This document shows, piece by piece, positions 1 through 15,000 of a DNA stretch of 64,000 nt. Position numbers and translations under genes: made by a program. The notes beneath the pieces are model-generated. The model was not told where the DNA came from. It saw nothing but the letters and a program-made list of their open reading frames with translations, and ran no database searches. This DNA comes from Paragordius varius. Taxonomy: Eukaryota; Animalia; Nematomorpha. The stretch's first letter is position 1; each line of letters begins with the position of its first letter. The stretch covers positions 9,300,001 through 9,364,000 of the forward strand of contig OZ176056.1 in the NCBI GenBank assembly GCA_964247055.1. Reading direction: 5' to 3'.

Positions 1-3000
1 CTTTTTAGTGTTTCCAACAATCAAACATATATTTTTATCAATCAAATAATTTTTCCAATAATCAAAATATGTTGCCTAATAACTTTTTAGTGTTTCCAAC
101 AATCAAACATATATTTTTATCAATCAAATAATTTTTCCAATAATCAAAATATGTTGCCTAATAACTTTTTAGTGTTTCCAACAATCAAACATATATTTTC
201 AACATTCAAATAATTTTTCCAACAATCAAAATATGTTGCCCAATAACTTTTTAGTGTTTCCAACAATCAAACATATATTTTTATCAATCAAATAATTTTT
301 CCAATAATCAAAATATGTTGCCCAATAACTTTTTACTGTTTCCAACAATCAAACATATATTTTCAACATTCAAATAATTTTTCCAACAATCAAAATATGT
401 TGCCCAATAACTTTTTAGTGTTTCCAACAATCAAACATATATTTTTATCAATCAAATAATTTTTCCAACAATCAAAATATGTTGCCCAATAACTTTTTAG
501 TGTTTCCAACAATCAAACATATATTTTTATCAATCAAATAATTTTTCCAATAATCAAAATATGTTGCCCAATAACTTTTTAGTGTTTCCAACAATCAAAC
601 ATATATTTTTATCAATCAAATAATTTTTCCAACAATTAAAATATGTTGCCCAATAACATTTTAGTGTTTCCAACAATCAAACATATATTTTTATCAATCA
701 AATAATTTTTCCAACAATCAAGTTATGTTGCCCAATAGCTTTTTAGTGTTTCCAACAATCAAACATATATTTTCAACATTCAAATAATTTTTCCAACAAT
801 CAAAATATGTTGCCCAATAACTTTTTAGTGTTTCCAACAATCAAACATATATTTTTATCAATCAAATAATTTTTCCAAAAATCAAAATATGTTGCCCAAT
901 AACTTTTCAGTGTTTCCAACAATCAAACATATATTTTTATCAATCAAATAATTTTTCCAACAATCAAGTTATGTTGCCCAATAACTTTTTAGTGTTTCCA
1001 ACAATAAAACATATATTTTTATCAATCAAATAATTTTTCCAACAATTAAAATATGTTGCCCAATAACATTTTAGTGTTTCCAACAATCAAACATATATTT
1101 TTATCAATCAAATAATTTTTCCCACAATCAAAATAGTTGCCTAATAACTTTTTAGTGTTTTCAACAATCAAACATATATTTTTATCAATCAAATAATTTT
1201 TCCAACAATCAAAATATGTTGCCTAAAAACTTTTTAGTGTTTCCAACAATCAAACATATATTTACAATCAAATAATTTTTCCAACAATCAAGATATGTTG
1301 CCCAATAACTTTTTAGTGTTTCCAACAATCAAACCTATATTTTTATCAATCAAATAATTTTTCCAACAATCAAGTTATGTTGCCCAATAACTTTTTAGTG
1401 TTTCCAACAATCAAACATATATTTTTATCAATCAAATAATTTTTCCAACAATCAAAATATGTTGCCCAATAACTTTTTAGTGTTTCCAACAATCAAACAT
1501 ATATTTTTATCAATCAAATAATTTTTCCAACAATCAAAATATGTTGCCCAATAACATTTTAGTGTTTTCAACTATTAAACATATATTTTTATAACTTTTT
1601 AGTGTTTCCAACAATCAAACATATATTTTTATCAATCAAATAATTTTTACAAAAATCAAGTTATGTTGCCCAATAACTTTTTAGTGTTTCCAACAATCAA
1701 ACATATATTTTCAACATTCAAATAATTTTTCCAACAATCAAAATATGTTGCCCAATAACCTTTTAGTGTTTCCAACAATCAAACATATATTTTTATCAAT
1801 CAAATAATTTTTACAAAAATCAAAATATATTGCCCAATAACTTTTTAGTGTTTCCAACAATCAAACATATATTTTTATCAATCAAATAATTTTTACAACA
1901 ATCAAAATAAGTTGCCCAATAACTTTTCAGTATTTCCAACAATCAAACATATATTTTCAACATTCAAATAATTTTTCCAACAATCAAAATATGTTGCCCA
2001 ATAACTTTTTAGTGTTTCGAACAATCAAACATATATTTTTATCAATCAAATAATTTTTCTAACAATCAAAATATGTTGCCCAATAACTTTTCAGTATTTC
2101 CAACAATCAAACATATATTTTTATCAATCAAATAATTTTTCCAACAATCAAAATATGTTGCCCAATAACTTTTTAGTGTTTCCAACAATCAAACATATAT
2201 TTTTATCAATCAAATAATTTTTCCAACAATCAAAATATGTTGCCCAATAACTTTTCAGTATTTCCAACAATCAAACATATATTTTCAACATTCAAATAAT
2301 TTTTCCAACAATCAAAATATGTTGCCCAATAACTTTTTAGTGTTTCGAACAATCAAACATATATTTTTATCAATCAAATAATTTTTCTAACAATCAAAAT
2401 ATGTTGCCCAATAACTTTTTAGTGTTTCCAACATTCAAACATATATTTTTATCAATCAAATAATTTTTCCAACAATCAAAATATGTTGCCTAATAACTTT
2501 TTAGTGTTTCCAACAATCAAACATATATTTTTATCAATCAAATAATTTTTACAACAATCAAAATATGTTGCTTAATAACTTTTTAGTGTTTCCAACAATC
2601 AAACATATATTTTTATCAATCTAATTTTTCCAACAATCAAAATATGTTGCCTAATAACTTTTTAGTGTTTCTAACAATCAAACATATATTTTTATCAATC
2701 AAATAATTTTTCCAACAATCAAAATATGTTGCCCAATAACTTTTTAGTGTTTTCAACAATTAAACATATATTTTTATCAATCAAATAATTTTTCCAACAA
2801 TCAAAATTTGTTGCCCAAAATATTTTTAATGTTTCCAACAATCAAACATATATTTTCAACATTCAAATAATTTTTACAACAATCAAAATATGTTGCTTAA
2901 TAACTTTTTAGTGTTTCCAACAATCAAACATATATTTTTATCAATCTAATTTTTCCAACAATCAAAATATGTTGCCTAATAACTTTTTAGTGTTTCGAAC

Positions 3001-6000
3001 AATCAAACATATATTTTTATCAATCAAATAATTTTTCTAACAATCAAAATATGTTGCCCAATAACTTTTCAGTATTTCCAACATTCAAACATATATTTTT
3101 ATCAATCAAATAATTTTTCCAACAATCAAAATATGTTGCCTAATAACTTTTTAGTGTTTCCAACAATCAAACATATATTTTTATCAATCAAATAATTTTT
3201 ACAACAATCAAAATATGTTGCTTAATAACTTTTTAGTGTTTCCAACAATCAAACATATATTTTTATCAATCTAATTTTTCCAACAATCAAAATATGTTGC
3301 CTAATAACTTTTTAGTGTTTCGAACAATCAAACATATATTTTTATCAATCAAATAATTTTTCTAACAATCAAAATATGTTGCCCAATAACTTTTCAGTAT
3401 TTCCAACAATCAAACATATATTTTTATCAATCAAATAATTTTTCCAACAATCAAAATATGTTGCCCAATAACTTTTCAGTATTTCCAACAATCAAACATA
3501 TATTTTCAACATTCAAATAATTTTTCCAACAATCAAAATATGTTGCCCAATAACTTTTTAGTGTTTCGAACAATCAAACATATATTTTTATCAATCAAAT
3601 AATTTTTCTAACAATCAAAATATGTTGCCCAATAACTTTTCAGTATTTCCAACAATGAAACATATATTTTTATCAATCAAATAATTTTTCCAACAATCAA
3701 AATATGTTGCCCAATAACTTTTTAGTGTTTCCAACAATCAAACATATATTTTTATCAATCAAATAATTTTTCCAACAATCAAAATATGTTGCCCAATAAC
3801 TTTTCAGTGTTTCCAACAATCAAACATATATTTTTATCAATCAAATAATTTTTCCACCAATCAAAATATGTTGCCCAATAATTTTCAGTGTTTCCAACAA
3901 TCAAACATATATTTTTATCAATCAAATAATTTTTCCAACAATCAAAATATGTTGCCCAATAACTTTTCAGTATTTCCAACAATCAAACATATATTTTCAA
4001 CATTCAAATAATTTTTCCAACAATCAAAATATGTTGCCCAATAACTTTTTAGTGTTTCGAACAATCAAACATATATTTTTATCAATCAAATAATTTTTCC
4101 ACCAATCAAAATATGTTGCCCAATAATTTTCAGTGTTTCCAACAATCAAACATATATTTTTATCAATCAAATAATTTTTCCAACAATCAAAATATGTTGC
4201 CCAATAACTTTTTAGTGTTTCCAACAATCAAACATATATTTTTATCAATCAAATAATTTTTCCAACAATCAAAATATGTTGCCCAATAACTTTTCAGTGT
4301 TTCCAACAATCAAACATATATTTTTATCAATCAAATAATTTTTCCACCAATCAAAATATGTTGCCCAATAATTTTCAGTGTTTCCAACAATCAAACATAT
4401 ATTTTCAACATTCAAATAATTTTTCCAACAATCAAAATATGTTGCCCAATAACTTTTCAGTATTTCCAACAATCAAACATATATTTTCAACATTCAAATA
4501 ATTTTTCCAACAATCAAAATATGTTGCCCAATAACTTTTTAGTGTTTCGAACAATCAAACATATATTTTTATCAATCAAATAATTTTTCCACCAATCAAA
4601 ATATGTTGCCCAATAATTTTCAGTGTTTCCAACAATCAAACATATATTTTTATCAATCAAATAATTTTTCCAACAATCAAAATATGTTGCCCAATAACTT
4701 TTTAGTGTTTCCAACAATCAAACATATATTTTTATCAATCAAATAATTTTTCCAACAATCAAAATATGTTGCCCAATAACTTTTCAGTATTTCCAACAAT
4801 CAAACATATATTTTCAACATTCAAATAATTTTTCCAACAATCAAAATATGTTGCCCAATAACTTTTCAGTATTTCCAACAATCAAACATATATTTTCAAC
4901 ATTCAAATAATTTTTCCAACAATCAAAATATGTTGCCCAATAACTTTTTAGTGTTTCGAACAATCAAACATATATTTTTATCAATCAAATAATTTTTCCA
5001 CCAATCAAAATATGTTGCCCAATAATTTTCAGTGTTTCCAACAATCAAACATATATTTTTATCAATCAAATAATTTTTCCAACAATCAAAATATGTTGCC
5101 CAATAACTTTTTAGTGTTTCCAACAATCAAACATATATTTTTATCAATCAAATAATTTTTCCAACAATCAAAATATGTTGCCCAATAACTTTTCAGTGTT
5201 TCCAACAATCAAACATATATTTTTATCAATCAAATAATTTTTCCACCAATCAAAATATGTTGCCCAATAATTTTCAGTGTTTCCAACAATCAAACATATA
5301 TTTTTATCAATCAAATAATTTTTCCAACAATCAAAATATGTTGCCCAATAACTTTTCAGTATTTCCAACAATCAAACATATATTTTCAACATTCAAATAA
5401 TTTTTCCAACAATCAAAATATGTTGCCCAATAACTTTTTAGTGTTTCGAACAATCAAACATATATTTTTATCAATCAAATAATTTTTCTAACAATCAAAA
5501 TATGTTGCCCAATAACTTTTCAGTATTTCCAACAATCAAACATATATTTTTATCAATCAAATAATTTTTCCAACAATCAAAATATGTTGCCCAATAACTT
5601 TTTAGTGTTTCCAACAATCAAACATATATTTTTATCAATCAAATAATTTTTCCAACAATCAAAATATGTTGCCCAATAACTTTTCAGTATTTCCAACAAT
5701 CAAACATATATTTTCAACATTCAAATAATTTTTCCAACAATCAAAATATGTTGCCCAATAACTTTTTAGTGTTTCGAACAATCAAACATATATTTTTATC
5801 AATCAAATAATTTTTCTAACAATCAAAATATGTTGCCCAATAACTTTTTAGTGTTTCCAACATTCAAACATATATTTTTATCAATCAAATAATTTTTCCA
5901 ACAATCAAAATATGTTGCCTAATAACTTTTTAGTGTTTCCAACAATCAAACATATATTTTTATCAATCAAATAATTTTTACAACAATCAAAATATGTTGC

Positions 6001-9000
6001 TTAATAACTTTTTAGTGTTTCCAACAATCAAACATATATTTTTATCAATCTAATTTTTCCAACAATCAAAATATGTTGCCTAATAACTTTTTAGTGTTTC
6101 TAACAATCAAACATATATTTTTATCAATCAAATAATTTTTCCAACAATCAAAATATGTTGCCCAATAACTTTTTAGTGTTTTCAACAATTAAACATATAT
6201 TTTTATCAATCAAATAATTTTTCCAACAATCAAAATTTGTTGCCCAAAATATTTTTAATGTTTCCAACAATCAAACATATATTTTCAACATTCAAATAAT
6301 TTTTACAACAATCAAAATATGTTGCTTAATAACTTTTTAGTGTTTCCAACAATCAAACATATATTTTTATCAATCTAATTTTTCCAACAATCAAAATATG
6401 TTGCCTAATAACTTTTTAGTGTTTCTAACAATCAAACATATATTTTTATCAATCAAATAATTTTTCCAACAATCAAAATATGTTGCCCAATAACTTTTCA
6501 GTATTTCCAACATTCAAACATATATTTTTATCAATCAAATAATTTTTCCAACAATCAAAATATGTTGCCTAATAACTTTTTAGTGTTTCCAACAATCAAA
6601 CATATATTTTTATCAATCAAATAATTTTTACAACAATCAAAATATGTTGCTTAATAACTTTTTAGTGTTTCCAACAATCAAACATATATTTTTATCAATC
6701 TAATTTTTCCAACAATCAAAATATGTTGCCTAATAACTTTTTAGTGTTTCGAACAATCAAACATATATTTTTATCAATCAAATAATTTTTCTAACAATCA
6801 AAATATGTTGCCCAATAACTTTTCAGTATTTCCAACAATCAAACATATATTTTTATCAATCAAATAATTTTTCCAACAATCAAAATATGTTGCCCAATAA
6901 CTTTTCAGTATTTCCAACAATCAAACATATATTTTCAACATTCAAATAATTTTTCCAACAATCAAAATATGTTGCCCAATAACTTTTTAGTGTTTTGAAC
7001 AATCAAACATATATTTTTATCAATCAAATAATTTTTCTAACAATCAAAATATGTTGCCCAATAACTTTTCAGTATTTCCAACAATCAAACATATATTTTT
7101 ATCAATCAAATAATTTTTCCAACAATCAAAATATGTTGCCCAATAACTTTTTAGTGTTTCCAACAATCAAACATATATTTTTATCAATCAAATAATTTTT
7201 CCAACAATCAAAATATGTTGCCCAATAACTTTTCAGTATTTCCAACAATCAAACATATATTTTCAACATTCAAATAATTTTTCCAACAATCAAAATATGT
7301 TGCCCAATAACTTTTTAGTGTTTCGAACAATCAAACATATATTTTTATCAATCAAATAATTTTTCTAACAATCAAAATATGTTGCCCAATAACTTTTTAG
7401 TGTTTCCAACATTCAAACATATATTTTTATCAATCAAATAATTTTTCCAACAATCAAAATATGTTGCCTAATAACTTTTTAGTGTTTCCAACAATCAAAC
7501 ATATATTTTTATCAATCAAATAATTTTTACAACAATCAAAATATGTTGCTTAATAACTTTTTAGTGTTTCCAACAATCAAACATATATTTTTATCAATCT
7601 AATTTTTCCAACAATCAAAATATGTTGCCTAATAACTTTTTAGTGTTTCTAACAATCAAACATATATTTTTATCAATCAAATAATTTTTCCAACAATCAA
7701 AATATGTTGCCTAATAACTTTTTAGTGTTTTCAACAATCAAACATATATTTTTATCAATCAAATAATTTTTAGAACAATCATAATATGTTGCCCAATAAC
7801 TTTTTAGTGTTTCCAACAATCAAACATATATTTTTATCAATCAAATAATTTTTACAAAAATCAAAATATATTGCCCAATAACTTTTTAGTGTTTCCAACA
7901 ATCAAACATATATTTTTATCAATCAAATAATTTTTCCAACAATCAAAATATGTTGCCTAATAACTTTTTACTGTTTCCAACAATCAAACATATATTTTCA
8001 ACATTCAAATAATTTTTCCAACAATCAAAATATGTTGCCCAATAACTTTTTAGTGTTTCCAACAATCAAACATATATTTTTATCAATCAAATAATTTTTA
8101 CAACAATCAAAATAAGTTGCCCAATAACTTTTTAGTGTTTCCAACAATCAAACATATATTTTTATCAATCTAATTTTTCCAACAATCAAAATATGTTGCC
8201 TAATAACTTTTTAGTGTTTCTAACAATCAAACATATATTTTTATCAATCAAATAATTTTTCCAACAATCAAAATAAGTTGCCCAATAACTTTTTAGTGTT
8301 TCCAACAATCAAACATATATTTTTATCAATCTAATTTTTCCAACAATCAAAATATGTTGCCTAATAACTTTTTAGTGTTTTCAACAATCAAACATATATT
8401 TTTATCAATCAAATAATTTTTAGAACAATCATAATATGTTGCCCAATAACTTTTTAGTGTTTCCAACAATCAAACATATATTTTTATCAATCAAATAATT
8501 TTTACAAAAATCAAAATATATTGCCCAATAACTTTTTAGTGTTTCCAACAATCAAACATATATTTTTATCAATCAAATAATTTTTCCAACAATCAAAATA
8601 TGTTGCCTAATAACTTTTTACTGTTTCCAACAATCAAACATATATTTTTATCAATCAAATAATTTTTCCAACAATCAAAATATGTTGCCCAATAACTTTT
8701 TAGTGTTTCGAACAATCAAACATATATTTTTATCAATCAAATAATTTTTCTAACAATCAAAATATGTTGCCCAATAACTTTTTAGTGTTTCCAACATTCA
8801 AACATATATTTTTATCAATCAAATAATTTTTCCAACAATCAAAATATGTTGCCTAATAACTTTTTAGTGTTTCCAACATTCAAACATATATTTTTATCAA
8901 TCAAATAATTTTTCCAACAATCAAAATATGTTGCCTAATAACTTTTTAGTGTTTCCAACAATCAAACATATATTTTTATCAATCAAATAATTTTTACAAC

Positions 9001-12000
9001 AATCAAAATATGTTGCTTAATAACTTTTTAGTGTTTCCAACAATCAAACATATATTTTTATCAATCTAATTTTTCCAACAATCAAAATATGTTGCCTAAT
9101 AACTTTTTAGTGTTTCCAACAATCAAACATATATTTTCAACATTCAAATAATTTTTCCAATAATCAAAATATGTTGCCCAATAACTTTATAGTGTTTCCA
9201 ACAATCAAACATATATTTTTATCAATCAAATAATTTTTAGAACAATCAAAATATGTTGCCCAATAACTTTTTAGTGTTTCCAACAATCAAACATATATTT
9301 TTATCAATCAAATAATTTTTACAAAAATCAAAATATATTGCCCAATAACTTTTTAGTGTTTCCAACAATCAAACATATATTTTTATCAATCAAATAATTT
9401 TTCCAACAATCAAAATATGTTGCCTAATAACTTTTTACTGTTTCCAACAATCAAACATATATTTTCAACATTCAAATAATTTTTCCAACAATCAAAATAT
9501 GTTGCCCAATAACTTTTTAGTGTTTCCAACAATCAAACATATATTTTTATCAATCAAATAATTTTTACAAAAATCAAAATATATTGCCCAATAACTTTTT
9601 AGTGTTTCCAACAATCAAACATATATTTTCAACATTCAAATAATTTTTCCAACAATCAAAATATGTTGCCTAATAACTTTTTAGTGTTTCCAACAATCAA
9701 ACATATATTTTCAACATTCAAATAATTTTTCCAACAATCAAAATATGTTGCCCAATAACTTTTTAGTGTTTCCAACAATCAAACATATATTTTTATCAAT
9801 CAAATAATTTTTCCAACAATCAAAATATGTTGCCCAATAACTTTTTAGTGTTTCCAACAATCAAACATATATTATCAATCAAATAATTTTTCCAACAATG
9901 AAAATATGTTGCCCAATAACTTTTTAGTGTTTCCAACAATCAAACATATATTTTCAACATTCAAATAATTTTTCCAACAATCAAAATATGTTGCCCAATA
10001 ACTTTTTAGTGTTTCCAACAATCAAACATATATTTTTATCAATCAAATAATTTTTCCAATAATCAAAATATGTTGCCCAATAACTTTTTAGTGTTTCCAA
10101 CAATCAAACATATATTATCAATCAAATAATTTTTCCAACAATGAAAATATGTTGCCCAATAACTTTTTAGTGTTTCCAACAATCAAACATATATTTTCAA
10201 CATTCAAATAATTTTTCCAACAATCAAAATATGTTGCCCAATAACTTTTTAGTGTTTCCAACAATCAAACATATATTTTTATCAATCAAATAATTTTTCC
10301 AATAATCAAAATATGTTGCCCAATAACTTTTTAGTGTTTCCAACAATCAAACATATATTTTTATCAATCAAATAATTTTTCCAATAATCAAAATATGTTG
10401 CCCAATAACTTTTTAGTGTTTCCAACAATCAAACATATATTATCAATCAAATAATTTTTCCAACAATGAAAATATGTTGCCCAATAACTTTTTAGTGTTT
10501 CCAACAATCAAACATATATTTTCAACATTCAAATAATTTTTCCAACAATCAAAATATGTTGCCCAATAACTTTTTAGTGTTTCCAACAATCAAACATATA
10601 TTTTTATCAATCAAATAATTTTTCCAACAATCAAAATATGTTGCCCAATAACTTTTTAGTGTTTCCAACAATCAAACATATATTTTTATCAATCAAATAA
10701 TTTTTCCAATAATCAAAATATGTTGCCCAATAACTTTTTAGTGTTTCCAACAATCAAACATATATTATCAATCAAATAATTTTTCCAACAATGAAAATAT
10801 GTTGCCCAATAACTTTTTAGTGTTTCCAACAATCAAACATATATTTTCAACATTCAAATAATTTTTCCAACAATCAAAATATATTGCCCAATAACTTTTT
10901 AGTGTTTCCAACAATCAAACATATATTATCAATCAAATAATTTTTCCAACAATGAAAATATGTTGCCCAATAACTTTTTAGTGTTTCCAACAATCAAACA
11001 TATATTTTCAACATTCAAATAATTTTTCCAACAATCAAAATATGTTGCCCAATAACTTTTTAGTGTTTCCAACAATCAAACATATATTTTTATCAATCAA
11101 ATAATTTTTCCAATAATCAAAATATGTTGCCCAATAACTTTTTAGTGTTTCCAACAATCAAACATATATTTTTATCAATCAAATAATTTTTCCAACAATT
11201 AAAATATGTTGCCCAATAACATTTTAGTGTTTCCAACAATCAAACATATATTTTTATCAATCAAATAATTTTTCCAACAATCAAAATATGTTGCCCAATA
11301 ACATTTTAGTGTTTCCAACAATCAAACATATATTTTTATCAATCAAATAATTTTTCCAACAATCAAAATATGTTGCCCAATAACTTTTTAGTGTTTCCAA
11401 CAATCAAACATATATTTTTATCAATCAAATAATTTTTCCAACAATCAAGTTATGTTGCCCAATAACTTTTTAGTGTTTCCAACAATAAAACATATATTTT
11501 TATCAATCAAATAATTTTTCCAACAATTAAAATATGTTGCCCAATAACATTTTAGTGTTTCCAACAATCAAACATATATTTTTATCAATCAAATAATTTT
11601 TCCAACAATCAAAATATGTTGCCCAATAACTTTTCAGTGTTTCCAACAATCAAACATATATTTTTATCAATCAAATAATTTTTCCACCAATCAAAATATG
11701 TTGCCCAATAATTTTCAGTGTTTCCAACAATCAAACATATATTTTTATCAATCAAATAATTTTTCCAACAATCAAGTTATGTTGCCCAATTTTTAGTGTT
11801 TCCAACAATCAAACATATATTTTTATCAATCAAATAATTTTTCCAACAATCAAAATATGTTGCCCAATAACTTTTCAGTATTTCCAACAATCAAACATAT
11901 ATTTTTATCAATCAAATAATTTTTCCAACAATCAAAATATGTTGCCCAATAACTTTTCAGTATTTCCAACAATCAAACATATATTTTTATCAATCAAATA

Positions 12001-15000
12001 ATTTTTCCAACAATCAAAATATGTTGCCCAATAACTTTTCAGTGTTTCCAACAATCAAACATATATTTTTATCAATCAAATAATTTTTCCACCAATCAAA
12101 ATATGTTGCCCAATAATTTTCAGTGTTTCCAACAATCAAACATATATTTTTATCAATCAAATAATTTTTCCAACAATCAAAATATGTTGCCCAATAACTT
12201 TTTAGTGTTTCCAACAATCAAACATATATTTTTATCAATCAAATAATTTTTCCAACAATCAAAATATGTTGCCCAATAACTTTTCAGTATTTCCAACAAT
12301 CAAACATATATTTTTATCAATCAAATAATTTTTCCAACAATCAAAATATGTTGCCCAATAACTTTTTAGTGTTTCGAACAATCAAACATATATTTTTATC
12401 AATCAAATAATTTTTCCAACAATCAAAATATGTTGCCCAATAACTTTTCAGTATTTCCAACAATCAAACATATATTTTTATCAATCAAATAATTTTTCCA
12501 ACAATCAAAATATGTTGCCCAATAACTTTTCAGTATTTCCAACAATCAAACATATATTTTTATCAATCAAATAATTTTTCCAACAATCAAATTATGTTGC
12601 CCAATAATTTTTTAGTGTTTCCAACAATCAAACATATATTTTTATCAATCAAATAATTTTTCCAACAATCAAAATATGTTGCCTAATAACTTTTTAGTGT
12701 TTCCAACAATCAAACATATATTTTTATCAATCAAATAATTTTTCCAACAATCAAAATATGTTGCCTAATAACTTTTTAGTGTTTAACAATCAAACATATA
12801 TTTTAATCAATCAAATAATTTTTATAACAATCAAAATATGTTGCCCAATAATTTTTTAGTGTTTCCAACAATCAAACATATATTTTTATCAATCAAATAA
12901 TTTTTCCAACAATCAAAATATGCCTAATAACTTTTTAGTGTTTTCAACAATCAAACATATATTTTTATCAATCAAATAATTTTTCCAACAATCAAAATAT
13001 GTTGCCCAATAACTTTTTAGTGTTTTCAACAATTAAACATATATTTTTATCAATCAAATAATTTTTCCAACAATTAAAATATGTTGCTTAATAATAGTGT
13101 TTCCAACAATCAAACATATATTTGTATCAATCTAATTTTTCCAACAATCAAAATATGTTGCCCAATAACTTTTTAGTGTATTAACAATCAAACATATATT
13201 TTTATCAATCAAATAAATTTTCCAACAATCAAAAAATGTTGCCTAATAACTTTTTAGTGTTTAACAATCAAACATATATTTTAATCAATCAAATAATTTT
13301 TCCAACAATCAAAATATGTTGCCCAATAATTTTTTAGTGTTTCCAACAATCAAACATATATTTTCAACATTCAAAAAAATTTTCCAACAATTAAAATATG
13401 TTGCCTAATAACTTTTTAGTGTTTCCAACAATCAAGCATATATTTTTATCAATCAAATAATTTTTCCAACAATCAAAATATGCCTAATAACTTTTTAGTG
13501 TTTTCAACAATCAAACATATATTTTTATCAATCAAATAATTTTTCCAACAATCAAAATATGCCTAATAACTTTTTAGTGTTTTCAACAATTAAACATATA
13601 TTTTTATCAATCAAATAATTTTTCCAACAATCAAAATATGTTGCCTAATAACTTTTTAGTGTTTTCAACAATCAAACATATATTTTTATCAATCAAATAA
13701 TTTTTCCAACAATCAAATTATGTTGCCCAATAACTTTTTAGTGTTTCCAATAATCAAACATATATTTTTATCAATCAAATAATTTATTCCAACAATTAAA
13801 ATATGTTGCGCAATAACTTTTTAGTGTTTTCAACAATCAAACATATATTTTTATCAATCAAATAATTTTTCCAACTATTAAAATATGTTACCGAATAACT
13901 TTTTAGTGTATTAACAATAAAACATATATTTTTATTAATCAAATAATTTTAACAATCAAAATATGTTGCTTAATATCTTTTTAGTGTTTCCAACAATCAA
14001 ACATATATTTTTATCAATCAAATAATTTTAACAATCAAAATATGTTGCTTAATAACTTTTTAGTGTTTCCAACACAAACATATATTTTTATCAATCAAAT
14101 AATTTTTCCAACAATCAAAATATGTTGCCTAATAACTTTTTAGTGTTTCCAACAATCAAACATATATTTTAATCAATCAAATAATTTTTCCAACAATCAA
14201 AATATGTTGCCCAATAACTTTTTAGTGTTTCCAACAATCAAACATATATTTTAATCAATCAAATAATTTTTCCAACAATCAAAATATGTTGCCTAATAAC
14301 TTTTTAGTGTTTCCAACAATCAAACATATATTTTAATCAATCAAATAATTTTTCCAACAATCAAAATATGTTGCCCAATAACTTTTTAGTGTTTCCAACA
14401 ATCAAACATATATTTTAATCAATCAAATAATTTTTCCAACAATCAAAATATGTTGCCTAATAACTTTTTAGTGTTTCCAACAATCAAACATATATTTTAA
14501 TCAATCAAATAATTTTTCCAACAATCAAAATATGTTGCCCAATAACTTTTTAGTGTTTCCAACAATCAAACATATATTTTTATCAATCAAATAATTTTAA
14601 CAATCAAAATATGTTGCTTAATAACTTTTTAGTGTTTCCAACACAAACATATATTTTTATCAATCTGTAATTTTTCCAACAATCAAAATATGTTGCCTAA
14701 TAACTTTTTAGTGTTTTCAACAATTAAACATATATTTTTATCAATCAAATAATTTTTCCAACAATCAAAATATGTTGCGCAATAACTTTTTAGTGTTTCC
14801 AACAATCAAACATATATTTTTATCAATCAAATTATTTTTCCAACAATCAAAATATGTTGCCTAATAACTTTTTAGTGTTTTCAACAATCAAACATATATT
14901 TTTATCAATCAAATAATTTTTCCAACAATCAAATTATGTTGCCCAATAACTTTTTAGTGTTTCCAATAATCAAACATATATTTTTATCAATCAAATAATT